DNA from: Prosthecobacter sp.
GTDB lineage: Bacteria > Verrucomicrobiota > Verrucomicrobiia > Chthoniobacterales > Chthoniobacteraceae
Direction of reading: 5' to 3'
DNA: 37,512 bases
NCBI GenBank assembly: GCA_043779225.1
Contig: JAYWEO010000227.1
Span: 1-37,512, forward strand
A program made the translations under genes and the position numbers. The notes under the pieces were generated by a model. The model was not told the origin of the DNA. It searched no databases and saw nothing but the letters and a program-made list of their open reading frames with translations. Shown in pieces: positions 32,190 through 37,512 of the stretch. Position 1 is the stretch's first letter. Each line of letters starts with the position of its first letter.

Positions 32190-33107
32190 TCAGCCGCGCA
32201 GTGAAATCCAGAGCGTCCTCGCACCGTGGCCGGGCGGAAAATCCGGCGGCTGCGGCTCGCGCTGGAGGTCACCGGCACGTCGGTGAAATTTCAGCGCAAA
32301 CCTCGCGACACGCTCCAGATCACTCTGCTGAAGCTTCGTGCAATTCGTGGAAACCAGCATGCGCGCGGAGGATGCGGCGAGTTCCATCGCGGCAACCACG
32401 AGATCCTCCAGATGCTGCTCCACCTGCCAGCGCCGTCCCTTGTTGCCGCGTGAAAATGTCGGCGGGTCGAGCACGATGGCGTCAAATTTTTCCCCGCGCC
32501 GCGCCAGCCGCGGCAGGACCTCCAGCACATCGTCCGCGATGAACTGATGGCCTGCTTTCGGATCCATGCTGTTCAGCGCATAATTCGCGCGCCCGCGATC
32601 GAGCGACTTCTTCGAGAGATCGATGCTCACCGTCTCCGCACCCGCCAGCGCCGCGACCACGCTGAACGAACAGGTGTAGGAAAATGTGTTCAGCATCCGC
32701 TTCGGCGCGGCACGCCGCATGAGCGCACGATTCATGCGCTGATCGAGAAAGAGGCCCGCCGAATATCCGGCGGCGAAATCCAGCCCGTAGCGCACCCCAT
32801 TCTCCCGCACTTCCCCATTCAGCGGCAGCAAGGCCTCACCGCTCAGGAGCACAGGCGGATCGCGATCCTCGTTCTGCTTCGGCAGCAGCTTGCCGAAAAT
32901 GCGGCGCGGCTGCCAATGGTTCGCCTCGCACCACTCCGCGAGTGATTCGCGCATCGCATCGAGCGCGATGTCGCTTTTATGCGAAATGAGCACGTCGTCC
33001 GCGAGTCTCTCGACCCATCCATCCGCGCCGGAAAACATCCGGTGAGCATCTGTGCCTGCCGTCTCGAATGCGCCAAATTGTGAAAGTGCGATCCAGCCGC
33101 GGCTCAT
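32190..33107 (-). CDS. class I SAM-dependent methyltransferase (RlmI/RlmK-like rRNA methyltransferase)
   Basis: RMLNTFSYTCSFSV, VSIDLSKKSL, IVLDPPTFS (motif IV) and MLVSTNC are present. Confidence 0.82.
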   Translation of the reverse strand: MSRGWIALSQFGAFETAGTDAHRMFSGADGWVERLADDVLISHKSDIALDAMRESLAEWCEANHWQPRRIFGKLLPKQNEDRDPPVLLSGEALLPLNGEVRENGVRYGLDFAAGYSAGLFLDQRMNRALMRRAAPKRMLNTFSYTCSFSVVAALAGAETVSIDLSKKSLDRGRANYALNSMDPKAGHQFIADDVLEVLPRLARRGEKFDAIVLDPPTFSRGNKGRRWQVEQHLEDLVVAAMELAASSARMLVSTNCTKLQQSDLERVARFALKFHRRAGDLQREPQPPDFPPGHGARTLWISLRG

Positions 33108-33778
33108 GGTTTCGGTGGCGAGAAAAAGAAGCGCGCGTAGGTGTAGGCGATTGTCTCATCGAGGACGATCCGGAAGCCCTGGCTCGAAGCCCACCACCGC
33201 TTCGAATCAAAGGTGAGTTCCTCGACATTGCTGATCCCAATTTTCATTTCGGAGCCGAGCGCCTTTTCATAGACGAGCCGTGTGCGCCGGGAATGCGGGC
33301 CATTGCCTGCGATGTTGATCCTTCGATCGGTGACGCCGTGCTCGCGAAACCATTGCGCGAGGGACAGCGCCGATGCGTAGCTGCGATCCTTTTCGACACC
33401 CGGCGCGGGCACCGCATTCAGCGACTCAGCGGGAAGACCGAGCTTCAGGCACAGCGCCAGTCCGTACGCCGCATAGGTCTTGTGCTCGCTCATCGCATTG
33501 CCGAATTCAATCGGCCCGCCGGTCAGGCAGATGCGGTCGAAATGCGATTTCCGAAACTCATCCACGGCCCCCTCGATGACATAGTCCGGCGACCATCCCT
33601 CGATCACGAGCGTGCCGCCCGGCAGCGGATCGTGGATGGCCAGAAATCCGTAAAGCCCGCGCACTACGACGATGCCGATGCCGCCTAGGACGAGCAGCAA
33701 AAGCAGCCATCCGCGCCACGTCGGCACGATGCACTGCCGGCGTTTCAGCAGGCCGAGGAATGGCTTTTTCGAATTCAT
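33104..33778 (-). CDS. YdcF/DUF218-family membrane-anchored protein
   Basis: N-terminal TM segment WRGWLLLLLVLGGIGIVVV, then LVIEGW...ICLTGGPIEFG...INIAGNGPHSRRT. There is a 4-nt overlap with the downstream methyltransferase gene. Confidence 0.78.
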   Translation of the reverse strand: MNSKKPFLGLLKRRQCIVPTWRGWLLLLLVLGGIGIVVVRGLYGFLAIHDPLPGGTLVIEGWSPDYVIEGAVDEFRKSHFDRICLTGGPIEFGNAMSEHKTYAAYGLALCLKLGLPAESLNAVPAPGVEKDRSYASALSLAQWFREHGVTDRRINIAGNGPHSRRTRLVYEKALGSEMKIGISNVEELTFDSKRWWASSQGFRIVLDETIAYTYARFFFSPPKP

Positions 33779-33836
33779 GTGGCCGCACTCTCCGCGGACG
33801 GCGCAAAGCGATGCAAGGGCGAAACGCGGACAGCTT

Positions 33837-35465
33837 TCAGTGCTCTGCGCTCAGTTCCAAAATGCGGCCTGGCAGCCAGCCGAGGCCATCCTTGAAGCTG
33901 CTCGTGCGCGTGTATTCGAGGATCAGCGCGCGGCCTTTGCCGATGTTCAGGACATCGATCGGTCGTCCTAGCTTTGGAAAAATGCTCTCCGTGTGTGCGC
34001 TCCATGATCCGTCGCCTTCTCGCTGCGGTCGCACGGAGAGCACGTCAAAGCCGATGTCCTCCGCGATGCCGGTGCGGCTCTCGCCGAGGAGGTTTCCGAA
34101 TCGCGTGACGAGGAATGCATTCCGCAGCGGCTCGGGAAAATCATCCCCGCACCAGGTCATGCCCGCAGGCGAGCTATGCGGATCAAATGTCCACAGCCCT
34201 TCCGCCTTTCCACCACCGGCGGGGCCGAGGTTTTTCACCGGCATCTCAAATCTCACGCCCGTCGGCGGTGCGGGAGTGTGCGGATACGGGCGCGGCTCCA
34301 GCGGCCAGTTGCTGAACTGAAATGGAAAGCCGTAGTGCTTCCCGCGTTCGATGAAGTCCATCTCCTCCGGCGCGTTGATGTCCGGCCCGTTGGTGACGGA
34401 AAAAAGATTGCCCGCTGGGTCCCAGGCAAAGCCGTACGCGTTCCGCAGTCCGCGCGCATGCACTTCGATCTCCGGCTTTGCGGCCTTCGGATCGAGACGC
34501 CACATGCACGCAGTCGTCTCCACTTCGCCTCCTTTGAAAATGCCATTTGCCGTGCCCGCCTCGCCACCATCCGTGCGAGAGCCGCTGCTCACGTAGAGCA
34601 TCCCATCCGGCCCGAATGCGAGATGCGACACGCCATGATTGAACGGCCCGACGCCATACGGATAGCGGTGCGTGAACCACGGCTCCATTTTCACCGCGCC
34701 CTCCGTCACCGGGGCGCTGCTGCGGAAAATCACGATCTCATTGAGCTTGTGCGGGCCGCCGTCATTGAAGCCGCGGTTCGTCGTGAGCCAGAGTCGGCCA
34801 TCCGGCGCAAGCGTGAGACCGAGCGCGGCGATGTCGGCATCCGCGGGCTTCACGTAATCGGCAGGCTGCACGAGCGGGAGCAGGAGGTTGTTTGCGATGT
34901 CCAGCTTCGACACTGCGCCCTTTTGCCCGAGCACGTACACATTGCCATCGCGATCCGGCCCCGCGAGCCGTGTGGCAAAATCGGTGAGCTGCACGACCTC
35001 GCGGAGCTTCATGCCCTTTGGCGCAGCAGGCAGCGGCACGAAGGCGTGAGCGCGCAGGAGCTTCTCATACGTCGGGAATTTCGACGTGCTCCGCACCTTG
35101 GCCACCTCCTCGGCGGTCACTGTTTTCCCTACATTTTCCCACGATGAGAAAACGAATGTGAGCACATCCGCCACGCCCCGATCATCGAGCGGCTGCACGG
35201 GCATCTGGTTATTGTAGTCCGCGCCATTCACGCGAATCGGCCCGCCCAGCCCTTCGCACAGCGCGCGGATGGCACGCTCGCGATTTGCCTTGATCCAATC
35301 CGAGCCCGCGACCGGTGGGAACACCGGCGGCGCTCCCTGCCCTGTCGCCTGGTGGCACACGATGCACGTCTGCTGGTAGATCCGCTCGCCGCGTGCCTTC
35401 GAGTCCGGCTCGTCCGCGAGTGACGGCACGACACCGAGGAGCAATGTGAAATGGAGGAGCTTCAT
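33837..35465 (-). CDS. cytochrome c domain fused to a PQQ-type (SGDH-like) beta-propeller sugar dehydrogenase, secreted
   Basis: Start at M27 of the track ORF (MKLLHFTLLLGVVPSLA, CAT at 35463-35465). The heme site is CIVCHQ plus NQMP. The propeller segments are PDGRLWLTTN, PDGMLYVSSGSRTDGGE and RGLRNAYGFAWDPAGNLF. Confidence 0.83.
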   Translation of the reverse strand: MKLLHFTLLLGVVPSLADEPDSKARGERIYQQTCIVCHQATGQGAPPVFPPVAGSDWIKANRERAIRALCEGLGGPIRVNGADYNNQMPVQPLDDRGVADVLTFVFSSWENVGKTVTAEEVAKVRSTSKFPTYEKLLRAHAFVPLPAAPKGMKLREVVQLTDFATRLAGPDRDGNVYVLGQKGAVSKLDIANNLLLPLVQPADYVKPADADIAALGLTLAPDGRLWLTTNRGFNDGGPHKLNEIVIFRSSAPVTEGAVKMEPWFTHRYPYGVGPFNHGVSHLAFGPDGMLYVSSGSRTDGGEAGTANGIFKGGEVETTACMWRLDPKAAKPEIEVHARGLRNAYGFAWDPAGNLFSVTNGPDINAPEEMDFIERGKHYGFPFQFSNWPLEPRPYPHTPAPPTGVRFEMPVKNLGPAGGGKAEGLWTFDPHSSPAGMTWCGDDFPEPLRNAFLVTRFGNLLGESRTGIAEDIGFDVLSVRPQREGDGSWSAHTESIFPKLGRPIDVLNIGKGRALILEYTRTSSFKDGLGWLPGRILELSAEH

Positions 35466-35556
35466 GCGGACCGAGCGTAGGATGCATGCCGCTTGCGTCA
35501 AGGCGGGCACCCATCCCACCGTTGGACGCGGCACGTACAGCATGTATGGTCATGGC

Positions 35557-36897
35557 ATGAGCACGCTGTCCCCACTTCAGAGGCTCGATGCGGAACATCA
35601 TCTCCATCCGTTCACGAATCACGACGAGATGCATGCGGCAGGCACGCAGATCATCGGCGAAGGAAAGGGCGTCTGGCTGCACGATCAAAATGGACGCCGC
35701 CTGCTCGATGCGCTCGCCGGCCTGTGGTGCGTGAATGTCGGCTACGGACGCCGCGAACTCATTGATGCCGCGACACGGCAGATGGAGCGGCTGTGCTATT
35801 ACCCGTCGTTTTTCAATACGACGACCGAGCCAGCCATCGAACTCGCCGCCAAGCTTTCTGCGCTCGCTCCGCGCCGACTGAATCATGCGATGTTCAGCAA
35901 CAGCGGCAGCGAGGCAAATGAGACTGCGCTGAAACTCATCCGCGGCTACTGGAAACTGAAAGGACAGCCGCAGCGCACGAAGATCCTCACGCGCGAATTT
36001 GCGTACCACGGGGTGACACTCGCGACTGCAAGCATGACCGGGCTGCCAAGCTGCCAGACGCCATTCGATCTGCCGCTGCCCGGCTTCCTCCACGCGCCCG
36101 CGCCGCATGCGTACGCCGCCAACCGCGAATCCGATCCCGACGCCTACGCGGAATGGTGCATCGCCGAGACTGCCCGCCTCATCGAGCGAGAAGGCCCGGA
36201 AACGATCGGCGCGATTTTTGCCGAGCCCATCCAAGGCGCGGGCGGAGTGATCGTCCCGCCGCCCGGCTATCTCGCAAAGCTCCGCGCTCTCGCACGGCAT
36301 CACGGCATCCTGTTCGTTGCCGATGAAGTGATCACTGCGTTCGGGCGACTCGGCGCGTGGTTTGCGAGCGATATCTGGAATCTGGACCCCGACCTCATGT
36401 GCCTCGCGAAAGGACTCACCAGCGGCTACCTGCCGCTCGGCGCGACGATGGTCGCGGATGAAGTCGCGGAAGTCCTCACGCATGGCGGCTACCTCGCGCA
36501 CGGCTTCACTTACAGCGGTCATCCGGTGCCGTGCGCGGTGGCACTGGCGAATATCGCCCTCATCGAGAGCGAGCAACTCCCCGAGCGCGTCCGCGACGAT
36601 GTCGGGCCTTATTTTGAGCAAAAGCTTCACGGTTTTGCGCAGCATCCCGCCGTCGCGGAAATCCGCGGCTGCCAGCTCATCGGCGCGCTGGAACTCGTGC
36701 CGCGCGGCGGCAAATCTGCGCTCACGCCGACATCGGCACTCGGCATCAAGGCATCGAAGCTCGTGCGCGAGGAAGGCGTGATTGTCCGCGGCATCCGTGA
36801 CCTCATCGCCATCGCGCCACCGCTGACGATCACACGCGAGGAGATTGATCTTATTTTCGCAGCCGTGACACGCGCGCTCGACCGCCTCTGGGATTAG
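35557..36897 (+). CDS. class III (omega) aminotransferase, PLP-dependent
   Basis: NSGSEANE, DEVITAFGRLG and the PLP-Lys in CLAKGLTSGYLPLGA. The start is taken at MSTLSPLQ (M38 of the track ORF), but ATG 35542 is equally possible. Confidence 0.88.
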   Translation: MSTLSPLQRLDAEHHLHPFTNHDEMHAAGTQIIGEGKGVWLHDQNGRRLLDALAGLWCVNVGYGRRELIDAATRQMERLCYYPSFFNTTTEPAIELAAKLSALAPRRLNHAMFSNSGSEANETALKLIRGYWKLKGQPQRTKILTREFAYHGVTLATASMTGLPSCQTPFDLPLPGFLHAPAPHAYAANRESDPDAYAEWCIAETARLIEREGPETIGAIFAEPIQGAGGVIVPPPGYLAKLRALARHHGILFVADEVITAFGRLGAWFASDIWNLDPDLMCLAKGLTSGYLPLGATMVADEVAEVLTHGGYLAHGFTYSGHPVPCAVALANIALIESEQLPERVRDDVGPYFEQKLHGFAQHPAVAEIRGCQLIGALELVPRGGKSALTPTSALGIKASKLVREEGVIVRGIRDLIAIAPPLTITREEIDLIFAAVTRALDRLWD

Positions 36898-36915
36898 CAG
36901 GTAAAGCGATGCGGC

Positions 36916-37512
36916 ATGGAGCGCCCCCGCATCTATCAACTCCTCCCGCGTCTTTTCGGAAACACGAATGAGACGCGGAAACCCAACGGCACGCTCGCGG
37001 AAAACGGCACCGGGAAATTTGCGGACATCAGTGACTCCGCGTTGCGCGCATTGCGGGATGAACTGCACATCACACACGTCTGGCTCACCGGCATCCACGC
37101 ACAGGCCACGGCGACCGACTGGTCCGCGATCGGCAAACCGGCGGATGATGCCGACCTGCTGAAGGGTCTCGCGGGATCGCCGTATGCGATCAAGGACTGC
37201 GCGGACGTGTGCCCCGATTACGCAGTCGAGCCTGCGCGGCGCATGGAGGAATTCTCAGCACTCCTCGCCCGCGCCCATGCGCTCGACCTGCGCGTGATCA
37301 TTGATTTCGTGGCAAACCACGTCGCACGCAGTCACTCCTCCACCCTCGTAAATTTCGGGACGAACGACGATCGCTCGAAGTTCTTCTCACCGCAGAACAA
37401 CTTCTTCTGGCTGCAGCGCAACTCGCCCGGCGGCGGTCCGCCGCTCCGTCTGCCGACCGTAGTGAATGGCGAGCGCATCAGCCCCACGTGCCGCGTGCTC
37501 GGCGCGGGAGAT
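36916..37512 (+). CDS. alpha-amylase family (GH13) glycoside hydrolase, 3' end outside window
   Basis: An open frame not in the ORF track, running from ATG 36916 to the window end: MERPRIYQLLPRLFGN...ITHVWLTGI...GSPYAIKD...LRVIIDFVANHVA (GH13 region I DxxxNH). Confidence 0.78.
   Translation, partial: MERPRIYQLLPRLFGNTNETRKPNGTLAENGTGKFADISDSALRALRDELHITHVWLTGIHAQATATDWSAIGKPADDADLLKGLAGSPYAIKDCADVCPDYAVEPARRMEEFSALLARAHALDLRVIIDFVANHVARSHSSTLVNFGTNDDRSKFFSPQNNFFWLQRNSPGGGPPLRLPTVVNGERISPTCRVLGAGD

Noticed and set aside
35209-37098. 629-aa ORF on the - strand
   Set aside because: It is antisense to the class III aminotransferase, whose PLP-Lys and other motifs lie in the plus frame.

Overview
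GC-rich bacterial chromosomal segment (about 60-65% GC by eye, not computed), densely coding on both strands. I support about 37 protein genes. I recognised no rRNA, tRNA, CRISPR array, transposase or integrase. The gene content suggests the PVC superphylum, most likely Verrucomicrobiota (inference): a translationally coupled DUF1592-type CxxCH protein plus Tat-signal DUF1552 pair, ThuA, a cytochrome-c/PQQ-type dehydrogenase fusion, squalene-hopene cyclase, and many signal-peptide hypotheticals. Most genes are housekeeping or central metabolism: fcl, deoB-deoA, sucA/sucB, rpmI-rplT, lgt, a PilT-like ATPase, a UbiA-type prenyltransferase, a class III aminotransferase and a partial GH13 gene. 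I do not see a convincing self-contained novel system such as a defence island, MGE or BGC. Four things deserve a second look. (1) At least six unrelated families of short palindromic or inverted-repeat (REP/MITE-like) elements occur. One has TIRs plus a 5-bp direct repeat and carries a terminator, and two sit inside coding sequence (shc, deoB) without breaking the frame. (2) A 2.2-kb lipoprotein gene (coiled coil, Trp-rich domain, Pro-rich KPE repeats) lies between sucA and sucB, and the E2 lacks a recognisable E3-binding domain. (3) A signal-peptide protein with an apparent PD-(D/E)XK nuclease motif lies just downstream of deoB-deoA. (4) The DUF1592/DUF1552 pair has no known function. The long ORFs antisense to real genes are treated as high-GC shadow frames. 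All family assignments come from motif recognition by eye and no database search was run.
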